Part shown: positions 22,374 to 34,830 of the stretch, piece after piece
How positions within the stretch are numbered: the stretch's first letter is position 1
How the letters are laid out: each line of letters starts with the position of its first letter
Origin: an uncultured delta proteobacterium
Lineage (GTDB): Bacteria; Myxococcota_A; Polyangia; Polyangiales; Polyangiaceae
Direction of reading: 5' to 3'
Length of the DNA stretch: 64,000 nucleotides
Assembly (NCBI GenBank): GCA_963716725.1
Contig: CAVQUB010000006.1
Span: 1 to 64,000, forward strand
The notes under the pieces: generated by a model
What the model saw: only the letters and a program-made list of their open reading frames with translations
Told to the model about the DNA's origin: nothing
Database searches by the model: none
Program-made: the position numbers and the translations under genes

Positions 22374-22869
22374 CTAGTGCCGCGCGGCCGAAGTTCGAGT
22401 GGATTCGCCCCTGAGACCTGCGCTCATTTGGGCTCTCACAGGAAGGGCGGAAGAGCGGAAGGATTTGGGGTGGTCAGGCGTTAGCCTCCGCAGGCCATTT
22501 CTGAGCGCGGTCACGTTGAAGTTGACGAGCAGGCCGACGGGCAACCGCGAAAGGCGCAGATAGGTGATGACCTGCGCTTCGTAAATCGGGAGCAGCCGCT
22601 CGACCGCCTTGAGCTCCAGGAGGATACGATCTGGAAGCGACCAGGTCGAGGCGATAGGCGCTGTCAAGGTGCACGCCTTTGTAGCGGATTGGTAGCGGTC
22701 GCTGCCGCTCGAACTTGAGCCGTCGTTCGGACAGCTCGGCAGATAGACAGGCCTCATATGCGGATTCCATCAGCCCTGGACCGAGATGCCGATGCACCTC
22801 GATCAGCGCACCGATCACCTCGTCCGTCCCATCCCCAAATCTTCCGAGCTTTCGCCCTTCCTGTGCCAT
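22374..22869 (-). CDS. GxxExxY family protein (PD-(D/E)xK-like); frameshift near 22630
   Basis: VIGALIEVHRHLGPGLMESAYEACL..YRLDLV..ILLELKAV..AQVITYLRL..GLLVNFN. Confidence 0.9.
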
Positions 22870-23627
22870 CCCCGTGTGGTCGGGCCTCACTCCGAAACAG
22901 TTGCTGTCCGGCCACCATCGGAATGTCAGCGTAGCGGCGTTCGAGCGCCTGGATGCCGGTCTTCTCGTCGACGCACACGATGTGCTCCTTCTTTGGCGTC
23001 TCGTAGTAGACGCGCAGCACGTCGTCGCGCTTCCCCCTGAACTCGTCGTCGTGCGAAGTCAGGTACATTTGTTGCCGATGCGGTTGCAGGTCAGCATCCT
23101 TGAGTATGCGGCCCACCGACCGGTCGCTGATCTGAATTCCTTGCGCGCGAACGTGCACGCCAAGCAACGACGCTGACCAGTGCGTGACGGGCACGCCGAC
23201 GTCGCTCGGCGGTCGACACGCTTCTGCTTCTACTCGAGCCGCTACGGTGTCCGAGAGAGAGAGGGCGGCCGTCCCGAGCGCGGGGCGTCCGCCAGTCTCT
23301 CGCTAGGTGCCGCGCAGTCGAAGCGCTTGCGCCAGTCGTCCACCGTGCGCACGTGCACCCCGAGGAGCCGGGCGATGTCCGTCGCAGGCACTCCGTCCGC
23401 CATCATCAACACGGCCTGCGCCCGACGAACCAGCCGCTGCTCCGCCCTGGCGAGTCGCAACGCCTCCTCGATCCGCGCGCGCTCTTCAGCCCTCAGCGCG
23501 AGCGGAACCGTCGGACGACCACCGTGCGCTCGGCCCGCGAACGCGCTGTAGTCGATCATGTCACCCCACTACACCGACGACACGCACACGGAAAAGAAAC
23601 CAGCGAAACTTCTGCCGCGCGGCACTA
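22375..23627 (-). mobile_element. IS630-family derivative with intact terminal inverted repeats, truncated transposase and GxxExxY passenger
   Basis: Left end CTAGTGCCGCGCGGCCGAAGTT and right end (reverse complement) CTAGTGCCGCGCGGCAGAAGTT; TA/CTAG at both junctions. Confidence 0.85.
22890..23559 (-). pseudogene. IS630 transposase, N-terminal part only (HTH ORF plus start of DDE ORF)
   Basis: RRAQAVL..LADAPRSGRPP; HWSASLL..VGRILKDADLQPHR..CVDEKTGIQALER, ending shortly after the first catalytic Asp. Confidence 0.85.
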
Positions 23628-23713
23628 GGGCACGCCCGGCGAGACCCGCCGGCGAGGCCGACGCCAGCGGTCTCAACGGGTGGCCGACCGCGGCCGGCGA
23701 GATCCCGTAACGG

Positions 23714-25518
<1,805 letters not shown>

Positions 25519-25519
<1 letters not shown>

Positions 25520-26550
25520 CAGTCGGTGTCCTCTTTCTTCTCTTCGTCGGGGAGCGGGGAGTCTTGATCTGCGACATCGAGCACCGGCGTCGCCTCGGCG
25601 GGCTCATCCGCCTCGGCTTCGGTCTCGGCTTCGGTCTCGGCTTCGGTCTCGGCTTCGGTTTCAGTCTCGGGAGCGACGCCATCTGTTCCAAGGCTGTGGG
25701 TCGCGGCTTCTGCAATGGCCATGGCTTCGTCGTCTCGCACCGCGAGCTCCACGAAGATCGGGCCCAGGGCCTCGTCCTGCGAGAGCAGCGTCATTCGAAG
25801 ACGCGTCATCTCGAGTAGCGCAAGGAAGGTCACGACCAGGTCGGCGCGGGTGGTCTGGCCGTCGAAGAGCTGCTCGAAGGTGAGCTTCACTCTCTCGCGC
25901 AGAACGTCGGCGAGCTGGTTGATGCGCTCGCTGATGCTGAGGCGATCGAGCTGGATCTCGTGATCGATTTGGGTCTTGGCCCGGCGGAGCACCACCTGAA
26001 ATGAGTCCAGGAGTTTGAACAGGCTGATGGGCGCTAGTGGCGCCTGCCCCTCCGCCTGCGGTCCCGCGAGGCCGCGGCCGAAGACATCGCGTCCGAAGAT
26101 CGACCGGTCGGCGAGCTGCTGAGCTACCAGCTTGTACTTCTGGTACTCCAGCAGCCGTCGCACGAGCTCGAACCGCGGGTCGTCCTCGACCTCCGGCTCT
26201 TCGTCGTCCGGGGCGCTCGGATCCGGCGGCAAGAGCAGCTTCGACTTGATGTGGGTCAGGGTCGCCGCCATCACCAAGTACTCGCTCGCGATGTCGATGT
26301 TCACCTCCTGCATCAGCAGGATGTATTCGAGGTACTTCTCGGTCACGAACCCGATGGGGATGTTCATCACGTCCAGCTCATGCTGCTGGATCAAGTGCAG
26401 CAGGAGGTCGAGCGGACCTTCGAAGTTCTCGAGCTGAACGCGATAGGCGTGGACCCCGCGTTCGGCCGCGAGCTCTTCGGCGACTCGGCGGGCGGCGTCG
26501 GCGCGGCTCTCTGCGGGGGCCGGCGGAGGCGCCTCGTCCGCCGCACTCAC
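25519..26550 (-). CDS. scpA: Segregation/condensation protein ScpA
   Basis: [41 protein letters not shown]. Confidence 0.95.
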
Positions 26551-27230
26551 GACAGGACCCTCGCGGGCAGCGCGAAGAGGCTCTCGAGCCCGCCGCCCAC
26601 GAATCGGACGGGGCGCTCGATGAGCCAGGTGCGGAGCACGTTGCTGTACAGGACCATGAGCAGGAGCAAGATCGACATCGGGGCGAGGGTCTCCTGAAGC
26701 GAGTCCAACCGGCGCGGCAGGAGCCGGCTGCCATCCAGCGGTGGGATTGGCAGCAAGTTGAACACGAACAGGCCGACGTTCAGAACGTACATCGCGCGCA
26801 GCAGATACACCAAGGCGCCCCGGCCGTCCTGCGCAAACATCATCTCCGGGCTGACCCGCATGATCAGCGCGAGCGCCGCCACCGAGAGTGTTGCCAGGGC
26901 CAGGTTCGAAAGCGGCCCTGCGATGGCGACCAGCACCATCCCGCTCCGCATCGAGATCCGTCGGTTGAAGGCCGAGGGGGTGACTTGCACCGGACGGGCC
27001 CAACCGATGAACGAGAACCCGCCGAAGAGCACCGCCGCCACCGGCACCAGAATCGTCCCGAACACGTCGTAGTGCTCCAGCGGGGAGAGCGTGAGCCTGC
27101 CCTGCCGGCGGGGCGTGTCGTCGCCCAACTTGTCGGCGACGACGGCGTGCGCGAACTCGTGCACCGACAGCGACAGCACCATCGGGACGAGGTTCAGTAC
27201 GATGTTTCGGATCAACTCCGGAGAGAGCAC
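26547..27230 (-). CDS. Site-2 protease (M50)
   Basis: HEFAH, AGPLSN, FNLLPIPPLDG. Confidence 0.93.
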   Translation of the reverse strand: MLSPELIRNIVLNLVPMVLSLSVHEFAHAVVADKLGDDTPRRQGRLTLSPLEHYDVFGTILVPVAAVLFGGFSFIGWARPVQVTPSAFNRRISMRSGMVLVAIAGPLSNLALATLSVAALALIMRVSPEMMFAQDGRGALVYLLRAMYVLNVGLFVFNLLPIPPLDGSRLLPRRLDSLQETLAPMSILLLLMVLYSNVLRTWLIERPVRFVGGGLESLFALPARVLS

Positions 27231-27321
27231 GAGCGCCGCCCTATAACAGCGCCCTCGGCTGTAGGGAATCCGCCAGGGGCGCCGAGACGAATTCGAGCCC
27301 TCGCGTGCTACCCTGCCCGAA

Positions 27322-28566
27322 ATGGCGGAGCCCGACCGAGTTTGCTCGCGCTGTGGGGAGCGCTACGGAGGCGGGGTCATCTTTTGCCCCGGCGACGGCA
27401 CGCCACTCGGTGCAAAGAAGCTCCCGGTCGGTGACGACCCCTACCTCGGGGCGTGCATCGACGCCGACATCCGGCTCGAGCAACTCATCGGCATCGGGGC
27501 CATGGGCCGCGTGTACCGCGCTCGGCAGGCCAGCATGGATCGTCTGGTCGCGGTCAAGGTCTTGCACCGAGATCTGCTCTCGAGCCCCACCGTGGTCGCG
27601 CGCTTCGAGCGCGAAGCGCGCATCGCCAGTCGCCTCGTGCACCCCAACGTCGTGCACATGTTGTCGACTGGTCGCCTGCCCGAGGTCGGTCCCGAAGTGG
27701 GCGGGGAGGCTTTCTTGGTGATGGAGCACCTCGACGGGATCTCACTCCGATCTGCCCTCGCAGCCGCCGGGGGCGCGCTGAGTCTGCCACGCGCGCTGCA
27801 CGTGGTGCTGCAGTGCTGCGACGCCGTCGGCGAGGCGCACGCCCAAGGCATCGTCCACCGAGACATCAAGCCCGAAAATGTGATGCTGGTCCGACGCGGC
27901 GAGGATCCCGATTTCGTCAAGGTGCTGGACTTCGGCGTCGCGCGCATCGAACGCGCGGACGCTTCTATCGCCACCCAGGCCGGCGCCATCTTCGGCACTG
28001 CGCGCTACGTTTCACCCGAAGGCGCCCAAGGCAAGACGGCCACGGCCGAGAGTGACGTCTACTCGCTCGCGGTGCTGTTGTTCGAATGCCTGTCGGGAAC
28101 GACGCCTTTCGAGGACCAGAGCCCGGTCGCCATCTTGATCAAACACACGACCCAGCCGGCGCCGGACCTCCGGAGCGTGCCTCGCGCTGCCTATGTGCCC
28201 GCGGCCATCGCCGAGGTCATTGCGCTGAACTTGAGCAAGGACCCGCAGGATCGCGCGGGCACTGCCCGGGAACTGGGCAAGCAACTGGTGGACGCGGCAC
28301 GAAGCGGTGGGCTGTCGCCGGATGACCTGGCATTTTCGTCGACGCTCCTGGGCGGCGCCGGGCGTGCGCTGGCGCTGAGGAGCATCGATCGCACCCAGGC
28401 GCTGCCGGTGGGCGCGGATGCTCGAGACCCGACGGAGCCACGGCCGAAGGCCGCCGAGCCCACCGCGGACGATCTGCCCGTCGACCCCGACAAGCGCTGG
28501 CTGTTGGCCGTGGTGGTGCTCGGAGCGACCTTGCTGCTGCTCGCGATTGGAGGTCGTTGGCTGTGA
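27322..28566 (+). CDS. Ser/Thr protein kinase with N-terminal Zn ribbon and C-terminal TM helix
   Basis: CSRC..CPGDG, GIGAMG, VAVK, HRDIKPEN, DFG. Confidence 0.93.
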   Translation: MAEPDRVCSRCGERYGGGVIFCPGDGTPLGAKKLPVGDDPYLGACIDADIRLEQLIGIGAMGRVYRARQASMDRLVAVKVLHRDLLSSPTVVARFEREARIASRLVHPNVVHMLSTGRLPEVGPEVGGEAFLVMEHLDGISLRSALAAAGGALSLPRALHVVLQCCDAVGEAHAQGIVHRDIKPENVMLVRRGEDPDFVKVLDFGVARIERADASIATQAGAIFGTARYVSPEGAQGKTATAESDVYSLAVLLFECLSGTTPFEDQSPVAILIKHTTQPAPDLRSVPRAAYVPAAIAEVIALNLSKDPQDRAGTARELGKQLVDAARSGGLSPDDLAFSSTLLGGAGRALALRSIDRTQALPVGADARDPTEPRPKAAEPTADDLPVDPDKRWLLAVVVLGATLLLLAIGGRWL

Positions 28567-29282
28567 GGTTTCTGAGCGGCGCAATGCTCGCTTGCTTCAT
28601 ACTCGCTCCGCGAGTCACGGCCGCCCATGACGCGGAGCAGCCGCATCCTTCCGGCATTCTTGCGCCCGACCGATTGATGGGCATGGCCGAGTTCGGTCTC
28701 GGCTGGCTCGTGTTGCCGGATGCCGAGGTCTGCGTCGAGCCGAGCATCGCGGGCTGCAGCCGGGGCGACTCGAGCCTGGGTCTCGAGGCCTGGCAGATCT
28801 TCCGCGCGAACCGCTACTTCGCAGCTGGCGCCGGCCTCTTGCTCGGATTGACGCCGACGACCGACGCACCTCGAGAAGATCCGCCGGGAGTCTCCCGCGA
28901 CCACGCGCGGCGCTACTTCACGGTCGAAGGCACCGCGCGCTACTACGCCTTCACCTCACCCACCTTCGAGGCCTGGGCAGGACTCAGCGGGGGTCTGGTC
29001 GTGGTCAGCGATCGCTTCGAGTCGACCCAAGGCAAGACGGACAAGGCTCTGGTGGGACCCCGCGGCGTGACGATTCGCACCGAGGGCTACACGGTCGGCG
29101 TGGCCGCCGGCGCTGCCTACCTGTTTTCACCGAGCTGGTCCGCGGGTGCGGCGTTGCGCTACGGCAGCTGGTTTCTGCCCGAATACCCCTCGCGCTCACC
29201 CTTCGGAGACGAGGCGTCGCTGCGCGGTCAGGTCAACTTGGTGAGCTTCGGGATCAACCTGGCCTACCGCGTGCCGCTCTGA
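28563..29282 (+). CDS. Putative outer-membrane beta-barrel protein
   Basis: Signal peptide, amphipathic beta strands, C-terminal FGINLAYRVPL. Confidence 0.6.
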   Translation: MRFLSGAMLACFILAPRVTAAHDAEQPHPSGILAPDRLMGMAEFGLGWLVLPDAEVCVEPSIAGCSRGDSSLGLEAWQIFRANRYFAAGAGLLLGLTPTTDAPREDPPGVSRDHARRYFTVEGTARYYAFTSPTFEAWAGLSGGLVVVSDRFESTQGKTDKALVGPRGVTIRTEGYTVGVAAGAAYLFSPSWSAGAALRYGSWFLPEYPSRSPFGDEASLRGQVNLVSFGINLAYRVPL

Positions 29283-30040
29283 ACCGAGATCGACAAAGCG
29301 ATGAGTTCGAGCATGCGCTCGAGCACCAGCGCGGTCACCCCGAGCAGGACGATCGAGCGCAATGGCGCGAGCAAGGGCTGGATGAAGGCCGGACTCGCGG
29401 CGCGCGCAACCAGGGAGCTCGCGACCTCGACCACCATCGAAGCCACGAGCAGCGGCGTGGCCACCGCGAGCGCGACTTCGACTCCGCCGCTCAGGTTGGC
29501 GATGGCGCCGATCAACGGCTCCGAGAAGCCCAGATCCGGTCGCCCGAGCGCGCTGAGCACTCGGGTGGGACCACCGCCTTCGAGGAACATGATGGCGGCG
29601 AGCAGCGAGAGCAGAGCACCCAGGGGCGTCGCGCCGCTCTCGACGTTTGGCAGTGAGCTCGACTCGCGAGCACCCCGGAGATCATCGATGACGCCTCCCG
29701 CCATCGTGGCTGCCCACAGCGCCGCGGAGGCGCCGATAGCAATGGGGAGGCCCCGAGCGGCTTCGACCACGAGCGCGACGGGCCACGGCAGTCCGGTCGA
29801 CGTCAGCCCCGGCAGCCCGGGGGCCACGACCAGCGCGAGGGCCAGCCCCAGTGTCGCGCGCGCCGGCGCCGGAAACGCCCGGAGACCGAAGGCCGGCACC
29901 AACGCGACGGTCGGGGCAACGCGCGCCCACGCGAGGCCCAGGCGGGACAAATCGACCCCGCTCTTGGCGAGCACCTCCGCCACCTCTCCGAGCAAGCCGG
30001 CCACCGCCGGAGCATCTGCCTCGGGGCTGAGGCGCGGCAA
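29264..30040 (-). CDS. FliR/SctT (EscT)-family type III export-gate protein
   Basis: LAWARVAP..PAFG..PAPARATLGL; EAARGL..MAGGVIDDLRG; ALAVATPLLVA..SLVARAA. Confidence 0.7.
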   Translation of the reverse strand: MPRLSPEADAPAVAGLLGEVAEVLAKSGVDLSRLGLAWARVAPTVALVPAFGLRAFPAPARATLGLALALVVAPGLPGLTSTGLPWPVALVVEAARGLPIAIGASAALWAATMAGGVIDDLRGARESSSLPNVESGATPLGALLSLLAAIMFLEGGGPTRVLSALGRPDLGFSEPLIGAIANLSGGVEVALAVATPLLVASMVVEVASSLVARAASPAFIQPLLAPLRSIVLLGVTALVLERMLELIALSISVQSGTR

Positions 30041-30123
30041 CGCAATTCCGCTACAACCTGTCGTTGACGCGAGGCGGGCGGGCCAGTAACGCTTCGCCGC
30101 CCCAGGGCCAAAGGAGAGGTTTG

Positions 30124-30963
30124 ATGAGTCTCGACACGTCCACCGTCGGCTACACGACGCCCGCTTACGAGTTCAAGTACGACTGGAAGACCGTCGTGCT
30201 GTACGCGCTCGGCATCGGCGCGAAACGCGACGAGCTCGAGTACCTGTACGAGGCCAAGGGCCCGAAGGTGTACCCGACCTTCGGAGTGGTCCCCGCCTAC
30301 GCAGCCCTCGGCGACGCGCTGGTCAAGACCCAAGGCAACCTAGCGATGGTCGTGCACGGCGGTCAGACGGTGATCATGCACCGGCCCATCCCCTCCGAAG
30401 GCACGATGAAGACGGTGGCGACCATCACGGGCATGTACGACATGAAGAAGATGGCGGCGGTCACCGTGAAGACCACGACCGAAGCCAACGGCGAGCCATG
30501 CTTCGACACCGAGTGGTCGATCCTGTACCGCGGCGCCGGCGGCTTCGGTGGTCCGCCCCCGCCTCGGGAAGCAGTCCCCAGCGCTCCGAAAGACTCGCCG
30601 CGGACCTGGAGCTTCGAGGAGCAGACGAGCCCCGAGCAAGCCTTGCTCTACCGTCTCTCGGGAGATCTGAACCCACTTCACGCCGATCCGGATTTCGCGG
30701 CGATGGTGGGCTTCCCCCAGGGTCCGATTTTGCACGGGCTCTGCACCTACGGGCACGCTTGCCGAGCCATCGTGAAGAACTCGTGTGGCGGTGACGCCGG
30801 GAAGCTCAAGCGCTTCACGGTTCAGTTCCGCAAGCCCGTCTGGCCGGGTGAGGCGATCCGCACCGAAGCGGTCGCCCTCGACGGAGGCAAGCTTGCGATT
30901 TCGGTGTTTGCCGGCGGGCGTGACGACGCGGTCATCACCAATGCCTGGGCGGAGATTGGCTGA
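30124..30963 (+). CDS. MaoC-like double hot-dog (R)-enoyl-CoA hydratase
   Basis: LYALGIGA, YRLSGDLNPLHADP, ILHGLCTYG. Confidence 0.92.
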   Translation: MSLDTSTVGYTTPAYEFKYDWKTVVLYALGIGAKRDELEYLYEAKGPKVYPTFGVVPAYAALGDALVKTQGNLAMVVHGGQTVIMHRPIPSEGTMKTVATITGMYDMKKMAAVTVKTTTEANGEPCFDTEWSILYRGAGGFGGPPPPREAVPSAPKDSPRTWSFEEQTSPEQALLYRLSGDLNPLHADPDFAAMVGFPQGPILHGLCTYGHACRAIVKNSCGGDAGKLKRFTVQFRKPVWPGEAIRTEAVALDGGKLAISVFAGGRDDAVITNAWAEIG

Positions 30964-30968
30964 GCACG

Positions 30969-31792
<824 letters not shown>

Positions 31793-31796
<4 letters not shown>

Positions 31797-32311
31797 CAGT
31801 GCGGGGCGCCTTCACTCTCGCCCTGGGGCTCGTGCTCGGCGGCTGCGTGCTCACCACGCACGAAGCGCCGAGCGAGCCCCCACGCGGGGCGGTCCAGCAA
31901 GTCTGGCCGCCCCTCGGCGTGCCGCCGGCTACTCCCATCCAGAATGAGGGCGAAGAGGGCCAGAGCACGACCACGGCCGCGCGCCCCGAGACCATCGCCG
32001 CACGCCACGTCTTGGTGATGCACCGCGGCGGCATGCGCGCACCCGACACCATCACGCGCAGCAAAGAAGAAGCCAAGCTGCGGGCGGGCGAGGCCCTGAA
32101 GCGCGCACGTGCCGGCGAAGACTTCGCCAAGCTGGTCGGCGAATACTCGGATGAGCCGGGCGCAGGGGCGCGCGGCGGCACGCTGGGACGATTCCCCCGT
32201 GGCGTGATGGTCAAGGAGTTCGAGAACGCTGCCTTTAGCCTGGAACCAGGTCAGATCTCCGAAGTGATCGAGAGCCCCTTCGGCTTTCACATCATCCAGC
32301 GCACCGAGTAG
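31793..32311 (+). CDS. Parvulin PPIase lipoprotein
   Basis: Lipobox LGGC; ARHVLV..YSDEPG..GGTLG..SPFGFHII. Confidence 0.9.
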
Positions 32312-32312
32312 C

Positions 32313-33455
32313 TCAGCGCAGCATGTGCTTGGCGATCACCATGCGCTGCACTTCGCTGGTGCCTTCGCCGATCTCGCACAGCTTCACGTCACGCAGGTGG
32401 CGCTCGACGTCGAACTCTCGCGTGTAGCCGTAGCCGCCGTGGATCTGTAGCGCCTCGTTGCAGGCCCGCGTCGCGGCCTCGCTGGCGAAGAGCTTGGCCA
32501 TGGACGCCTCGGGCGCGTAGGGCCGTCCGAGATCGCAGAGCCACGCCGCGCGCCGGATCAGGAGCTCGGCCGCGTCGAGCTCGGTCTGCGAGTCCGCGAG
32601 CTTCCACTGAATGGCCTGAAACTCGGCGATCGCCTTGCCGAAGGCCCGGCGGTCCTTGGCGTATTCCAGGGCTGCACCGAGCGCGCCACGCCCGAGCCCG
32701 AGCGCCATGGCCGCGATGCTGATGCGGCCGCGATCGAGGATCTTCATCGTGTCGTAGAAGCCCTGGTCCACGGCGCCGACGCGGCTGTCGTCCGGCACCC
32801 GTACGTTGTCGAAGGTGAGCTCCACGGTGTCGCTGGAGCGACAGCCGTACTTCTCGAGCTTCTTGCTGGCGGAAAACCCAGCTGTGCCGCGGTCGACGAC
32901 GAATGCGGTGATCCCTCGCTGGGGCGGCACGGCCTTGTTCGTTCGCGCGAGCACGACGCAGAAGCCGCCGACGGAGCCCTGCGTGATGAACATCTTGGTG
33001 CCGTTGATCAGCCAATCATCGCCGTCGCGCACCGCCGTCGTCTGCATGCCGGCGCTGTCCGAGCCCGACCCGGGTTCGGTGAGCGCCCAGGCCGCCAGCC
33101 ACTCGCCGCTCGCGGCCTTCGGCAGGTACTTGCGTTTCTGTGCGTCGCTGCCGAAGCTCAGAATGTGGCTGGTGCCGAGCCCGTTGTGGCTGGCCACGGT
33201 GAGCGCGAGCGAACCGTCGACGCGCGCGCACTCCTCGACGCAGATCGCGTACGAGAGCGTGTCCATCGCCGCGCCGCCGTACTCTTCGGGGATGCGGATC
33301 CCGAGCAGGCCGAGCTCCGCGAGCTTCGGCACGATCTCGTGGGGGAAGCGCTCGTCTTCGTCCCACTGCTTGGCGTGCGGGCGCACCTCGCGTTCGCAGA
33401 ACTCGCGCACGCTGGCGCGGAGCAATTGGTGTTGTTCGGATAGCTCGAAGTCCAC
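32313..33455 (-). CDS. Acyl-CoA dehydrogenase
   Basis: WALTEPGSGSD, NGTKMFIT, QIHGGYGY, IGEGTSEVQR. Confidence 0.95.
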   Translation of the reverse strand: MDFELSEQHQLLRASVREFCEREVRPHAKQWDEDERFPHEIVPKLAELGLLGIRIPEEYGGAAMDTLSYAICVEECARVDGSLALTVASHNGLGTSHILSFGSDAQKRKYLPKAASGEWLAAWALTEPGSGSDSAGMQTTAVRDGDDWLINGTKMFITQGSVGGFCVVLARTNKAVPPQRGITAFVVDRGTAGFSASKKLEKYGCRSSDTVELTFDNVRVPDDSRVGAVDQGFYDTMKILDRGRISIAAMALGLGRGALGAALEYAKDRRAFGKAIAEFQAIQWKLADSQTELDAAELLIRRAAWLCDLGRPYAPEASMAKLFASEAATRACNEALQIHGGYGYTREFDVERHLRDVKLCEIGEGTSEVQRMVIAKHMLR

Positions 33456-33548
33456 GCCGGCTCTGCTACCACGAGTCCGCGGGGGTCACTACGGAAGCTG
33501 TTCGAGGCCCTTCGAGGCCCCAGAGAATGCGCGGCGGATCAGCCGCGC

Positions 33549-34637
33549 TCACTTGGCATCGCAGAGCTTCTTCAGGTGCTCGGCCTTCTCGGCCTCGGTC
33601 AGGCTGACCTTTTGGACTTCGGCTGCGGCCATGGTGGCCGTGACCACGTACTCCTCGTCGCCGATGCCAAAGACCTGATCGCCCTTGCGGCAGATCATCC
33701 AGGTGATCTTTGGGCTCGCGTCGTCGTCGCGCCGGTCGAAGCTGATGGCGTCGTAGGTGGTGCCCTTGAGCGCCTTCGCGCCGTCGACCTTCTTCAGGGT
33801 CGAGATCACGTCCTTGGCAGCGGCTTCGTCGGTTCGCGCCACGGAGAGCGTGCGCCAGCGCTTGGCGCCGTCTTTGTAGTAACCGATGGCGCCGACGCCG
33901 ACGCCGGAGATGCCCAGCGCGTCCCCGGTGGTGAAGGAGATGCCCATGGGCAGCAGGCCCGCGGCGGGCAGGGCGACGACCGCCTTGGGCGGCTCCTTGT
34001 CGCCGCCGATCTTCTCTCCGAGTGCCTTGGCGATGGGCGGGATGGCCTTGGCCGCGCTCTGCTTGAGCTGATCGGGCGCCTCGACCTCGTTGGTGTACGA
34101 GAGCTCGACCACGTACTCGCCTCGCCAAACGTAGGCGATGCCCGTCCCGGCCGCGGCGGCGCCGCCGGCTTCGAGCTTCGCCGGCGCCGACTCCACCGGA
34201 TCGGCGTCGGCCACGACGCGCTTGGTGAAGAACGCGTAGGCGCCGTCCTTGCTGGCGAAGTGCGAGAGGTTCACGTTGACGGCTCCCGGAGAGCCCTTGC
34301 CGTCCACGTAGCGCAGAGTCACCACGCGCTTCAGGCCGAAGCTTTTGTAGACCTCGCACTCGCCGTCGAAGAGCTCCGTGCAGACCTTGTCCAGGTTGGC
34401 CGGGGCGTTCTCACCGTAGGCGCGGGTCTCGCCGTTGGGATCCACGCAGTAGTCCCCGGCCGTCCGCGCGAACATGCCCGCCGAGACCTTGTCGGAGACG
34501 GTTCCACCGCCGCTGGCGCAGGTCCCTGGCTTGCTGCTCTGGATGGGTGGCGGCGCCGCGCCCCTCTCGGCTTCCGGGGGCTGCTTCTTGTCGCAACCGC
34601 AGAAAAGGACCAGCGCGAAGAGGGGGGCGTACCGCAT
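33549..34637 (-). CDS. Hypothetical lipoprotein (DUF6599-like)
   Basis: Lipobox LFCGC; LFDGECEVYKSFG motif. Confidence 0.6.
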   Translation of the reverse strand: MRYAPLFALVLFCGCDKKQPPEAERGAAPPPIQSSKPGTCASGGGTVSDKVSAGMFARTAGDYCVDPNGETRAYGENAPANLDKVCTELFDGECEVYKSFGLKRVVTLRYVDGKGSPGAVNVNLSHFASKDGAYAFFTKRVVADADPVESAPAKLEAGGAAAAGTGIAYVWRGEYVVELSYTNEVEAPDQLKQSAAKAIPPIAKALGEKIGGDKEPPKAVVALPAAGLLPMGISFTTGDALGISGVGVGAIGYYKDGAKRWRTLSVARTDEAAAKDVISTLKKVDGAKALKGTTYDAISFDRRDDDASPKITWMICRKGDQVFGIGDEEYVVTATMAAAEVQKVSLTEAEKAEHLKKLCDAK

Positions 34638-34830
34638 GGGGCGGACTTAGAACGAGGAGGGCGCACAGGCAATTGTTCGGCCGAGGGGGCCGGCCCCCGC
34701 TCTGAAACGATTGCATAGCGCTGCAATCCTTACTGCCCCGCCCCCGGAGCGCGCCTGGAATCACCTGAAAATTCGAGGGGGTCAGCTCGCCCGCCTCGGC
34801 ACAGGGCTTGCTCCTGGGTGCCCCGTGGTG

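Noticed and set aside
21932..22869. XRE plus GxxExxY as a toxin-antitoxin pair
   Set aside because: The genes are convergent and separated by the IS end; adjacency is explained by the insertion.
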